64,000 nt of DNA from Sedimentisphaerales bacterium (lineage in GTDB: Bacteria > Planctomycetota > Phycisphaerae > Sedimentisphaerales > Anaerobacaceae), in contig OY970194.1 of the NCBI GenBank assembly GCA_963708075.1, forward strand, positions 4,320,001-4,384,000. Reading direction: 5' to 3'. The translations under genes and the position numbers were made by a program. Below are positions 51,986 through 62,285 of this stretch, in pieces. The notes under the pieces were generated by a model. The model had not been told where the DNA came from. It saw nothing but the letters and a program-made list of their open reading frames with translations, and ran no database searches. Position 1 is the first letter of the stretch, and each line of letters begins with the position of its first letter.

Positions 51986-54900
51986 ATGAAAAGCACAGAA
52001 ATCGTCGCCGCGTTGGTCGTCATGTTCATGTGTGGGGGATTGCTGGCAGCGGGGGCAAATGAGCAGAAGGCGCCCGTTGGAGATTGTGACATCGCCCCCT
52101 TTGGCGTGCCCGTGCCACATGACGGTGCGGCCGGTCCGCAGCCGGAGGTCCGCTGGGCCGAGCCGCGAAAGGTCAGGCAGGTGGTCGTCGAGTTCGCCGA
52201 CGGGCAGTTGCCAGACCCGTGCGCGGTGAGCCTGCAATACTGGCACCGGACCTGGGACGGCCAAGCCGACCCGGTGCTCATGGAACGCGGGGCCGGCGGC
52301 GTCGGCTGGGACGCCATGGACGACTGGACCAACGGCAAGTGGATCACAGCCAAGACCTCGCTCCAGGTAGAGGGCAAACGCTGGACGTTCACCATCCTGC
52401 CGATCACGAGCGGAGAGATCAAAGACATCACCGGGCCCGGCGTCAGTTATCGCAAAACCCTGTGGGTCCGGCTGAACGCCGAGAAGCCGCTGCCGGCCCA
52501 CGACCGGATGCAGGTCTTCACAGAATCATCCTACCGCCCACTGGCGTTGCGGATTCACTTCGGCCGGCCCGCTGCAACAGAAGTGAGACTGAATGGCGAC
52601 GAGAAGATTCAGTTTGAAGTCTATAATGGTCAGTTCGCCACCGTCGTGACGGAGGGGTCCGGGCCTTTCTCTACGAACACCAATGGAACGTGGAAATCCC
52701 CCGGCGGAGTCTGGAGACTCCCCGCCGGAACTATGGGCGTGCTCCAGGTGGGACTGACGATGGCGAACGACCCGATGGATGCGCGGTACGACCGTACCAC
52801 TGTCACGGTGCGTTCGAGTCATCGCCCGTTTTCCTTCGCCGCTGATGAGGTTGCACGAGGCGACCGAATACTCTTGGACGATCTTGGTGTGCTCGTCACG
52901 AACGCCGAGGACCAGATCACTCTGGAGGAATATCGTCAGTCTCTTCGCACGAATTTCACAGGTAAGAGCGTGTACGAGCGGGTGAAGGACTCGCCGGAGC
53001 AGACGCTGGATCGGGCTTGGGGAGACATGCCACTGAAGCATCCGCTTTGGTTCGTGCATGGCCTGCCGGGAGATCGCAACACCATGCGGCAGCATCCCAA
53101 TGGCGAGATTGACGTCACCTCCGTCGGCAGATGGTTCAACGTGCAACGAAGCGAGCGAGACAGCGGCCGAAAGGGGTGGAAAGGCGACCAGTTGCGGATT
53201 TCGCTGGGCCTTCCCGACGGCACGCTGCGGGGCGGACGGAGACTCGAAGAGGGCTATCTGCCGCTTCTGTACACCTGGTGGCAGGATGGCCCGATCTACT
53301 ATGAGCAGGCGAGCGTCCTCGATACGCTCGACGGCGACCTCAACGACATCGATCTCGACGACCCGACCGTCCTGCTGGTCCGCGTGCGGATGGTCAATGT
53401 CTCCGATACGAAGGCGGGCGCCGGCAGGCTGCGCCTTTCATCGGGCTCGCAGGGGGACGATAAGCTGATCGTGAAGGAAGGTCAGGCACTGACCGAGGAC
53501 TCCCGGCTGCGATTCCTTATTAAGAATCCAGAGGAGGGCACGTTCACGGCCGATGGCAACGCTACGCTGTGGTCGGCGGACCTGGCGCCGGGGACATCCA
53601 GGACTCTCTACTTCTATATCCCCTCGATCACGCTGACCTCGCCCGAGGAGATCAAGGCCTTGCAGGCGCGGGACTTCGATGCGGACGCCGGACGCGTATG
53701 CGAGTTCTGGCGCACGCTCACCGCCAAGGCTACGCAGATTCACACGCCCGAGCCCTGGATCAACGACTTCTACAAGGCGCACGTGCGGCACCTGCTCGTC
53801 AACTGCTTCAAGGAGCTGGATTCCGACCGGCTGCACGCCCATGTCGGGACGTTCCACTACGGCGTCTATCCCAACGAGTCGGTGATGATGATCAGCGATC
53901 TGGATCGGCGGGGCATGCACAAGGAGACCCAGCAGAACCTCGATGCGTTCCTCCACTATCAAGGCACCGTCGCCATGAACGGTAATTTTGCCAGCCGCGA
54001 TGGCCAGTTCTATGGCGCCGGTGGGCATGAGACCGGCAATTACAACAAGAGCCATGGTTACGTCATGTGGAACATGGCCGAGCATTGGTGGATGACGCGC
54101 GACCGGCGGTGGATGGAGCGGGCCGGCCCGGGGCTTGTGAAAGCCTGCGACTGGGTCGTCAACGAGCGCAAGGCGACGATGCAGACTCTCCCCGATGGCA
54201 CGAAGACGATCAACTACGGCTGGCTGCCTAGTGGCTCGCTGGAGGACGTCACGGACTTCTGGCCCTGGCTGGCGACCAACAGCGCCACCGTGTGGGGATT
54301 CCGGTCCTTAGCTGACGCCCTGGCCGACTTCGGCCACCCGGACGGTCCGCGGCTCCAGAAGGAGGCAAAAGCCTACTACGATGACTTCATGCGGGGCATC
54401 ACGGAGTCTCGTATCCTGTCTCCGGTCGTGCGGCTGCGCGACGGGACATATGTGCCCAAGATTCCCTCGCAACCATACCAGCGAGGCCGGGCGCACGGCT
54501 GGCTGCGCGAGACGCTGGAAGGCCCTCTCTTTCTGCCGGCGTACCAGGTACTGGACCCGCAGGCCATCGAGACCAAGTGGGTCCTCGAAGACTACGAGGA
54601 CAACCTTTACATCTCCGAGCGGTACGGCTATGCGATCCCCTCCTTCGACCGCTTCTGGTTCTCGCGCGGCGGGTTCTCCATGCAGGCCAACCTGCTCGAC
54701 GGTCCCCTGCCCTACCTGTGGCGTGACGAGGTCAAGCACTTCCTGCGGGCCTACTTCAACGGCTTCGCCTCCGCCTTCTACCCCGAGATTCGGTTGTGCA
54801 ACGAGCATTCCTTGCCGGAGCTGGGCTATCCGGCGGGCGACCATTTCAAGACTTCCGACGAGGCCCAGTCCACATACTGGCTGCGCCTAATGTTCGTCAA

Positions 54901-55240
54901 CGATCAGATGGGCCAGGACCTGTACCTCGGCCAGGCGATCCCGCGATACTGGCTCTCGAAAGGCAACAAAGCAGGCATCGAGCGGGCCCCGTCGCACTTT
55001 GGCGTGCTGTCGTTCGACCTTGAAGCGGATGCGAGCGGAGACAAGATCACCGCGGTCCTCGATCCGCCGGCACGCAACAATCCGAAGAACATCTTCGTTC
55101 GCGTCAGGCATCCGAAGGAGCGGCAGATCAAGGGCGTGACCGTCAACGGACAGCCCTACGAGCGGTTCGACGCACAAAAGGAATGGGTCATCCTGCCCGG
55201 CACAATCAAAGGCAGGCAGCAGATCGAAGTGTCGTACTAA
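51986..55240 (+). CDS. Large secreted protein with probable six-hairpin glycosidase-like (alpha/alpha)6 C-terminal domain
   Basis: Signal peptide MKSTEIV…; YGVYPNE, helical W/Y-rich core, GWLPSGSLED and LYLGQAIPRYWL…APSHFG tail; family not assignable by eye. Confidence 0.7.
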   Translation: MKSTEIVAALVVMFMCGGLLAAGANEQKAPVGDCDIAPFGVPVPHDGAAGPQPEVRWAEPRKVRQVVVEFADGQLPDPCAVSLQYWHRTWDGQADPVLMERGAGGVGWDAMDDWTNGKWITAKTSLQVEGKRWTFTILPITSGEIKDITGPGVSYRKTLWVRLNAEKPLPAHDRMQVFTESSYRPLALRIHFGRPAATEVRLNGDEKIQFEVYNGQFATVVTEGSGPFSTNTNGTWKSPGGVWRLPAGTMGVLQVGLTMANDPMDARYDRTTVTVRSSHRPFSFAADEVARGDRILLDDLGVLVTNAEDQITLEEYRQSLRTNFTGKSVYERVKDSPEQTLDRAWGDMPLKHPLWFVHGLPGDRNTMRQHPNGEIDVTSVGRWFNVQRSERDSGRKGWKGDQLRISLGLPDGTLRGGRRLEEGYLPLLYTWWQDGPIYYEQASVLDTLDGDLNDIDLDDPTVLLVRVRMVNVSDTKAGAGRLRLSSGSQGDDKLIVKEGQALTEDSRLRFLIKNPEEGTFTADGNATLWSADLAPGTSRTLYFYIPSITLTSPEEIKALQARDFDADAGRVCEFWRTLTAKATQIHTPEPWINDFYKAHVRHLLVNCFKELDSDRLHAHVGTFHYGVYPNESVMMISDLDRRGMHKETQQNLDAFLHYQGTVAMNGNFASRDGQFYGAGGHETGNYNKSHGYVMWNMAEHWWMTRDRRWMERAGPGLVKACDWVVNERKATMQTLPDGTKTINYGWLPSGSLEDVTDFWPWLATNSATVWGFRSLADALADFGHPDGPRLQKEAKAYYDDFMRGITESRILSPVVRLRDGTYVPKIPSQPYQRGRAHGWLRETLEGPLFLPAYQVLDPQAIETKWVLEDYEDNLYISERYGYAIPSFDRFWFSRGGFSMQANLLDGPLPYLWRDEVKHFLRAYFNGFASAFYPEIRLCNEHSLPELGYPAGDHFKTSDEAQSTYWLRLMFVNDQMGQDLYLGQAIPRYWLSKGNKAGIERAPSHFGVLSFDLEADASGDKITAVLDPPARNNPKNIFVRVRHPKERQIKGVTVNGQPYERFDAQKEWVILPGTIKGRQQIEVSY

Positions 55241-55827
55241 GGAACGTCCACGCTTCCACCGGACTGGTTGTCGCCTGCGACGGGTTCCTGGCCGAGAGCG
55301 TGCCACTTGTTGTAGGTGTTCGCCCGGACCTTCCAGTACTTGAGGTCCTCCGCCGACAGGGGCTCGCGCTGTTCGGCGGGATAGCCGACGGCGATGATCG
55401 CCTGGACGTTGATGTGCTCGGGGATTCGCAGCAAGTCCTGGATGTACTGCTCCGATGTCGTCCCATCGTCGAACATCCGGTTTCGCACCTGGACCCAGCA
55501 ACTTCCCAGGCCGATCGATTGGGCGACCATCTGCACGAGGATCGAGGCGATGGAGCAATCCTCGACCCAGGTGTCGCTCTCGCGGCTGTCGCCGCAGACG
55601 ACGACGCCCAGAGCCGCATGTTCCAGGAACTCGGCCCCGTGTGGCTTGCACGTGGACAGCTTGCCCAGCAACTCGCGGTCATCAATAAAGATGAAGTCCC
55701 ATGGGTCGATATTCCTCGACGAGGGTGACCTCAACACCGCTTCTTTCAACAAATCCACCTTCTCCGGCTCAATCGGTCTGTCGATGTACTCCCGAATGCT
55801 TCGTCTGGCCCTGAGCAATTCGATCAT
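55237..55827 (-). CDS. Nitroreductase family protein
   Basis: RRSIREY, SPSSRN, GLGSCWV and IAVGYP. Confidence 0.9.
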   Translation of the reverse strand: MIELLRARRSIREYIDRPIEPEKVDLLKEAVLRSPSSRNIDPWDFIFIDDRELLGKLSTCKPHGAEFLEHAALGVVVCGDSRESDTWVEDCSIASILVQMVAQSIGLGSCWVQVRNRMFDDGTTSEQYIQDLLRIPEHINVQAIIAVGYPAEQREPLSAEDLKYWKVRANTYNKWHALGQEPVAGDNQSGGSVDVP

Positions 55828-55885
55828 CGTTATCCCCTGCTCTAAGAAATCGGTTCCAATCTTGCCTGCAATCGTAAAGAGCACT

Positions 55886-55918
55886 GGGTGGCAGCGTCAA
55901 GCGCAGCTTGGCGATGGT
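55886..55918. repeat. Half copy of REP family A
   Basis: GGGTGGCAGCGTCAAGCGCAGCTTGGCGATGGT with no partner arm. Confidence 0.8.
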
Positions 55919-56009
55919 CATTCGTGTATTCAGGCCAGCGGTCTGGCCCATCGGGCATCGTCGGGGTATGATGCGGCTCGCGTGAAGAGATGGTCACGTG
56001 AAAAGGGAT

Positions 56010-57158
56010 ATGAGCATGAGCTTTGATTTTGACGCCGTGATCGACCGGCGGAACACGGACAGCCTGAAGTGGGGCCGGTACAGCGGCCGGGACATGATCC
56101 CAATGTGGGTGGCCGACATGGATTTCCAATCGCCGCTACCTATCCTGGAGGCATTGCACCGACGAGTGGAGCATGGGGTCTTTGGCTATGCGCTGCCGCC
56201 GAAGGAACTGGTACAGGTGATTGTCGAGCGGATGGAGCAGAAGTACCGGTGGAAGATCGAGCCGTCGTGGATGGTGTGGCTGCCCGGCGTAGTGCCGGCA
56301 CTACATGTTGTATGCCGGGCCTTTGGCGACGATGGCGACGAGGTGCTGACTTTCACGCCCATCTACCCGCCGTTCCTATCCGCCCCGCCGCTGTCGAGAA
56401 AGCGTCTCAGGACCATCCCATTGCACCACGAAGGGAATCTCTACACTTTCGACCTCGAAAGGCTCGAGAGCGAGATCTCTCCGCGATCCGGAATCCTGCT
56501 TCTATGCAATCCGCACAACCCCGTCGGCAGGCGATATGAGGCCGAGGAGATCCGGCGCATCGCCGAGATATGCGTCGAACGGGATCTCATTCTGTGTTCC
56601 GACGAGGTCCACTGCGACCTCATCCTCGACGGCGGGCCGCACGTGCCGGCCGCCACACTCGGCCCCGACGTCTCCGCCCGAACCATTACGCTGATGTCTC
56701 CAAGCAAGACCTTCAACATCCCCGGACTCAACTGCGCGTTCGCTGTCATCGAAAACGAGGAGCTTCGAGCGCGGTTCAACAAGGCCCGCGAGGGCATCGT
56801 CCCGGGCGTAAATGGACTGGGCTATGCCGCATGTCTTGCCGCCTATCGCGACTGCGAGCCGTGGCGGCTGGCACTGATCGATACCCTGCGAGGCAACAAG
56901 GACGTCGTACGCACGTTCATCAACGAGGAGGCATCCGGACTATCCATGGATGACATCCAGGCGACATACCTGGCCTGGATTGACGCGAGAGCTCTGAACG
57001 TGCGCCGGCCCGCGCGCTTCTTTGAGGATTTCGGTGTCGCGATGTGTGACGGAGAGGATTTTGGGGAGCCAGGCTGGGTAAGGCTGAACTTTGGCTGCCC
57101 GCGCGCGACTCTCCTCGAAGGTCTCGGCCGGCTCAGAGACGCTGTCACGGCCCGGTAG
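56010..57158 (+). CDS. MalY/PatB PLP-dependent C-S lyase
   Basis: PMWVADMDF, HGVFGY, CNPHNPVG, SDEVH and SPSKTFN. Confidence 0.92.
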   Translation: MSMSFDFDAVIDRRNTDSLKWGRYSGRDMIPMWVADMDFQSPLPILEALHRRVEHGVFGYALPPKELVQVIVERMEQKYRWKIEPSWMVWLPGVVPALHVVCRAFGDDGDEVLTFTPIYPPFLSAPPLSRKRLRTIPLHHEGNLYTFDLERLESEISPRSGILLLCNPHNPVGRRYEAEEIRRIAEICVERDLILCSDEVHCDLILDGGPHVPAATLGPDVSARTITLMSPSKTFNIPGLNCAFAVIENEELRARFNKAREGIVPGVNGLGYAACLAAYRDCEPWRLALIDTLRGNKDVVRTFINEEASGLSMDDIQATYLAWIDARALNVRRPARFFEDFGVAMCDGEDFGEPGWVRLNFGCPRATLLEGLGRLRDAVTAR

Positions 57159-57890
57159 GCAGTCGGTCAGAGAGGCGCGACATCCTCTATCTGCCGGGTC
57201 GCGATGTCCGCACTCGCGACACTAATCTGCGGCAATTCCCTTTCAAGCTGAACGCCTGCCCTGCCGCAGCCGGGGCAAGGGAAATGCTCGGTACCGTAGG
57301 GGAGATTCGACAGGTACTCAGCACAACGCTGTATCCAAATACGGAGTTCTCTCAGTTGACCATAGGAGCATTCGCGAGGATTCTGGATTCTTGCTGGGTG
57401 AAACGATCCTCAGTGCAGGTCGTTCCCGGCGATCGTGACACGCTCTCACGAGATTTTGATGTTCACGGGATCAGCGGAGCAGGAGCGGCGTACTGCGTAC
57501 TTGGGGACACAGATCATTCCTCGCGGCAGTAATGTCGTCGGGGATGGGTGAGTATATACTCGCGATAGAGTGAGATTATGGGGGTAGTAACCTGCGTCCG
57601 ATTTCCGATTGGACGACAGGGGTAACACATGGGAAGTCGCTCATCTCGGCCTGGTGGTTCTCGGAGCGTGGCAATGCGCTGTTGATCCTGCAAGTGTGCA
57701 TTGTATGCCGCTTGTGCGTGCCGAGGGTGTGCACATAAGGAATGAGCATCGATTCAGCTCCGCAAGGGCTGAAGTCGACGGAGCGTCGGCTATGGAAGGA
57801 TGCACTGCAAGACAACCCCCTGTGCAGCCGACGAGGACGGAGTCTGCGCGACGATGAATATGACGAATCGGCAGTGATGGAGAAAGACCG

Positions 57891-58628
57891 ATGAAGCGCG
57901 CCCTTGAAGCAACAGGCAGAAATCTGTGCGTTCTGATGTTGGGAGGGTTAGCGGTTTGCAGTCTGCCGGGCTGCGGATCGTCCTATCAGGGCCAGACGGA
58001 CATCCCGCCCAAGCCGTCCGAGCCGCTGCGCGTGACGCTGGCGGCGGGCGACGTGGTGGACGTGCGATTCTTCTACACGCCCGAGCTGAACGTCACCCAA
58101 GCCGTGCGGCCGGATGGAAAGATCGCGCTGCAGCTCATCGGCGAAGTGTCGGCGGAAGGAAAGTCGCCCGCGGAGCTGCGGTCGGAACTCCTGACTCTGT
58201 ATCAATCTCACTTGAAGGAGCCGGATGTGGCGGTAATCGTTCAGTCATTCTATCGCCGCCGCGTCTTCGTAGGCGGCGAAGTCCTCAAGCCCGGGGTGGT
58301 CCTTATGCCCGGACACCTGACCGCACTGGACGCGATCATGGAGGCGGGAGGGTTCCGGCTGCCGACGGCGGAAGTCGGCAGTGTGGTTATCCTCCGCCGC
58401 CAGGACAGCGAGCAGATTGGATACTGCATCGATTTGAAACCCGCCCTGAAAGGCGGCGAGGTCCGCTCGTTCTACCTGGAGCCGGAAGATATTATTTACG
58501 TGCCGCAAACGCGAATCACCGAGGTCGGACAATGGATCGATCAGCATATCAACAACCTGATCCCCAAGACCGGCCTGGTCGTGCTGAGCCAGTCGGGCAA
58601 CACGACTGTCGGCTACGATTTGCGATGA
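57891..58628 (+). CDS. Polysaccharide export lipoprotein (Wza-like)
   Basis: LPGC lipobox; GDVVDV…VRPDGKI, FVGGEV.KPG and LEPEDIIYVP. Confidence 0.9.
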   Translation: MKRALEATGRNLCVLMLGGLAVCSLPGCGSSYQGQTDIPPKPSEPLRVTLAAGDVVDVRFFYTPELNVTQAVRPDGKIALQLIGEVSAEGKSPAELRSELLTLYQSHLKEPDVAVIVQSFYRRRVFVGGEVLKPGVVLMPGHLTALDAIMEAGGFRLPTAEVGSVVILRRQDSEQIGYCIDLKPALKGGEVRSFYLEPEDIIYVPQTRITEVGQWIDQHINNLIPKTGLVVLSQSGNTTVGYDLR

Positions 58629-58644
58629 GACTTGGAGCATCCTT

Positions 58645-60973
58645 ATGAGCGATGAACGAGTCGCCCAGAGCAACGTGCGAAAAGGATCGGTCCGGGACCT
58701 CCTGTACGTCATTTTCGGCCATAAGAAGAAGATGCTGGTGTTCATGGTCCTGCTGTTCGGCGTGGTCGCCATCAAGACACTCGTTCAGCCATCCACCTAT
58801 CGCTCCGAGGCCAAGCTGCTTCTGCGGATCGGGCGTGAGAATGTAAGCCTGGACCCAACGGCCACAGTGGGCGAGGTAGTCGGCATCAACCGGTCGTATG
58901 ATTGGGAAATCAACTCCGAGCTGGAGATTATCAAGAGCCGGGAGATCGCCGAGCGAGTGGTCGATGAGATGGGTGCGAGCGTGTTGCTGCACGGTTCCGG
59001 GACCGCCACGCCGGATTCCAACGAGGCCCTGGCCACGGTCAAGCCTGCCGACGAGGCCCTGCGGACCGTCAAGAACACCCTGGACATCGTGGCGGACAGC
59101 CCCGGAAAGCTCGCAAACAGCCTGGGCCTTTCCGAGCCCGTGAACGAGCGGGAGAAGGCCATCCGCAGACTCACGGACAACCTGAAGGTCGAGGCCCAGC
59201 AGAATACGAGCGTGATCGATCTGGCCTACGAGGAGCGCAACCCCGAGGCCGCCAAGAGTACCCTGGATAGATTCATCCAAGCGTATCTCGAAAAACACCT
59301 CACCGTGTACTGCATGGCCAATTCCCAGCAGTTCTTCGAGCGGCAGGTTCTCGCAGTTGCACGCGAAGCTCACGGATGCACAGAAGGAGCTTCAGAATCT
59401 CAAAGACACGACGGGGATCTCGGACCTGCTGGAACAGCGCAGCGTCATGGTGAACGCGATCGGAATGCTGGAGCGGAACATTGCAGAGGCGGAGGCAGAG
59501 CAGGTCGCCGCAATCGCAAAGATCGCGGGGATACAGAACATACTGGAGACAGTCCCTGAAACCATCACCGTTGAGGAAATCTCGGGCTTTTCCGATTATG
59601 GCGCGGACCTGATGCGCAGCAGACTGTACGAGTTACAGATGACGGAAAAGCAGATGGAAGGCAAATATCGGCCCGACAGCCGGCAACTGGATATGGTGCG
59701 TAAGCAGGTGGAAGAAGGGGCGGCGATCCTGGAAAAGGAGCAGGGCAAGCCCACTCGCACCGAGGTCAGAAAGGGCATGAACAACGCCTACCAGCAGATG
59801 CAGTTGGCCCTGCTTACCGAGCAGTCCAACATCTCGGGGCTGCAGAGCAAGCTCGACAAGGTGCGGACCCAGTTGACGGAGGCCAAAGCCGGGCTGAAGA
59901 CGGTCAACCAGGTGGAGAACGAGACCACCCGCCTGGACAGAGAAATCAAGTTGCTGGAGGCCAGCTACGGCCAGTACTTCAGCAAGCTGGAGGAAGCACG
60001 CATCGATCAGGCGCTCAAGGGCGACAGGATCTCCAACGTCAGCATCCTGCAGGCCGCCACGCTGCCCGTCACACCGACCGGCATTGGCAAAGTCGCTCAC
60101 CTCGGGCTGGGCCTGCTGCTGGCCATCGTCGGCGGCGTGGCCTTTGCGTTCTTCTGCGAGTACCTGGACCATTCCATCAAGACACCGGAGGACGTGCACG
60201 AGAAACTGCAACTGCCCACCCTGGCATCCATCCCTCAGGCACGCGCCAACACGGTCGGCCCGGTGTGGAAATCCACGCTGTGGAAACGGTTTGGGATCAA
60301 GCCCCGGCAGACGGCGCCGGTCCAGTGGGATCTTCCCGCCACGATGCGGCGGCACTACGCGGCCTTTCGTGAGCGACTGCTCCTCAGCGCCAATGGCTCC
60401 CTGCACAGCCACTACATCCTCGGGGTCACGAGTTCCGCCAGTTGTGAGGGCGTCAGCACCGTGGCGGCGAATCTCGCCTCCTCCCTGTCCGAGCAGGGCG
60501 GCGGATCCATCCTGCTGGTGGATGCAAACACCCGCGATCCGTCCATCCATCGCATCTTTCGGACGAGGCTGTCGCCCGGCCTGATCGATGTCCTCTCGAC
60601 CAACTCCAAGGACGAGGCGGACGACATCATCGTGCGACGGGCGGCGAACCTGAACGTGCTGACGGCCGGGCTCGCCAACGACGCAGGGACGAAAGCAGTC
60701 GGCTTCGACAGTCTTGCCCGTTATCTCGAGTCGATCAAACAGAACTATCGCTTCGTGGTCGTGGACATGCCGGCCCTCGATGAGGACGGCTCGGCGGCCC
60801 GATTGGCCGGCTCGTGCGATGGGGTGATTCTCGTCGTCGAGACAGAGCGATTACGATGGGAAACCATCTCCAAGGCAAAACAACATCTGCAGCAACTTGA
60901 TGCCAATGTACTGGGCGTTCTTCTCAACAAGAGGCGTTTTCCAGTCCCAAACTGGATCTATGCAGCTTTGTAA
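58645..60973 (+). CDS. Wzc/GumC polysaccharide co-polymerase with BY-kinase-like domain; frameshift near 59350
   Basis: Wzz-type N-terminus, coiled coil, second TM helix and P-loop domain. Deleting one T joins the two ORFs as …FERQVSQLHAKL…. Confidence 0.88.
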
Positions 60974-60997
60974 CAGAGAGGGAAAGGGGAATGCGCG

Positions 60998-62266
60998 ATG
61001 GCCGGAGAGCGACCAGTCGGGTCTGTTCGGGAGTTGGCTGCGCGATTGAAGCAATGGATGAGTAGCGAACCTGTGCGCACCGCCGGCTCGTCCGGTATAT
61101 ACTCGCCTGTACAGTTTCAAGCGGCCCTTCAACGGGAGCAGGCCCGGGCGGAGCGTAATGGGCACCAGATCACCCTGGCGCTTCTGCATGCCAATGGCCA
61201 CAATGGCGACGCACGCAGGACATTCCGCCTGCTGGAGGCTCTCAAGAGCCGGCTTCGCGTCATGGATGAGGCAGGATGGTTCGATCCGTCGCGAATCGGC
61301 ATACTGATGCCCTACACCGCCCGCGAAGGAGCCTGGCGCATGATCGAGGATCTGTGTTCGCTTCTGGACGGAGAGCTCACGGCGGCCGATTGCAGCGTCT
61401 ACACCTACCCGTGCGATCCGAGTGACGACAGCGCGGAATTCCCTGAGCACGCCAGCAAGGATATCGACGCCACGGACTCCGGCGATGGGGCCGCCGCGGA
61501 GAATCTCTTCACGGCCACAGGTCATGGGGGCAGCCGCGGCAATTCCAGCGCCGGCGCCTCCATGGTTTGCGAGAGGGTTCATCCAGGGGTGGCGTGCACG
61601 TACCCGATCATGGTCGTTCCCAGCAGTGAGCCCTCTGCCTGGCAGCGAGGACTGGACATCGCCTGCTCGCTTCTGGGGTTTACGATCCTGGCCCCTGTCC
61701 TCCTTGGGACGGCCCTTCTGATCAAACTGGTATCCCCGGGGCCTGTGTTCTTCAAGCAGGTGAGAATTGGCCGGGGAGGCAAGCCGTTCATGCTCTGGAA
61801 GTTCCGGACCATGGTGGCCAATGCGGACAGTTCCATCCATCAGAACCACGTGGCCCGACTGATCAACGGCACCGCGGAGAACGGAGAGGCGAAGTCGAAG
61901 CCTATGACGAAGCTGGACAACGATCCCCGGGTGATTCCGCTGGGGACGATTCTGCGCGGGGCGTGCATCGATGAGCTGCCCCAGTTGATCAACGTGCTGC
62001 GCGGGGAAATGAGCATTGTCGGGCCACGTCCACCCATTCCGTACGAAGTGCGAGACTATCAACCATGGCAAAGGAGGCGTCTTGACGCGACGCCCGGGCT
62101 GACGGGACTGTGGCAGGTGAGCGGCAAGAACAAGCTGACATTCGATGAGATGGTGCGTCTGGACATCCGGTACAGCAGGGAGAAATCTGTTTGGATGAAC
62201 ATCATGATTGTGCTCAGGACCCCTCGCGCGATCCTCGAAGAGATCGCGGGGATCTGGGTCCGATAG
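60998..62266 (+). CDS. Priming sugar transferase (WcaJ/WbaP family) with degenerate GGDEF-like N-terminal domain
   Basis: QRGLDI, KFRTM, DELPQLINVLRGEMSIVGPRP and PGLTGLWQV; N-terminal RE-x-x-RA-x-R…LRVMD. Confidence 0.9.
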   Translation: MAGERPVGSVRELAARLKQWMSSEPVRTAGSSGIYSPVQFQAALQREQARAERNGHQITLALLHANGHNGDARRTFRLLEALKSRLRVMDEAGWFDPSRIGILMPYTAREGAWRMIEDLCSLLDGELTAADCSVYTYPCDPSDDSAEFPEHASKDIDATDSGDGAAAENLFTATGHGGSRGNSSAGASMVCERVHPGVACTYPIMVVPSSEPSAWQRGLDIACSLLGFTILAPVLLGTALLIKLVSPGPVFFKQVRIGRGGKPFMLWKFRTMVANADSSIHQNHVARLINGTAENGEAKSKPMTKLDNDPRVIPLGTILRGACIDELPQLINVLRGEMSIVGPRPPIPYEVRDYQPWQRRRLDATPGLTGLWQVSGKNKLTFDEMVRLDIRYSREKSVWMNIMIVLRTPRAILEEIAGIWVR

Positions 62267-62285
62267 GAAATGAGGATGCCGGAAA

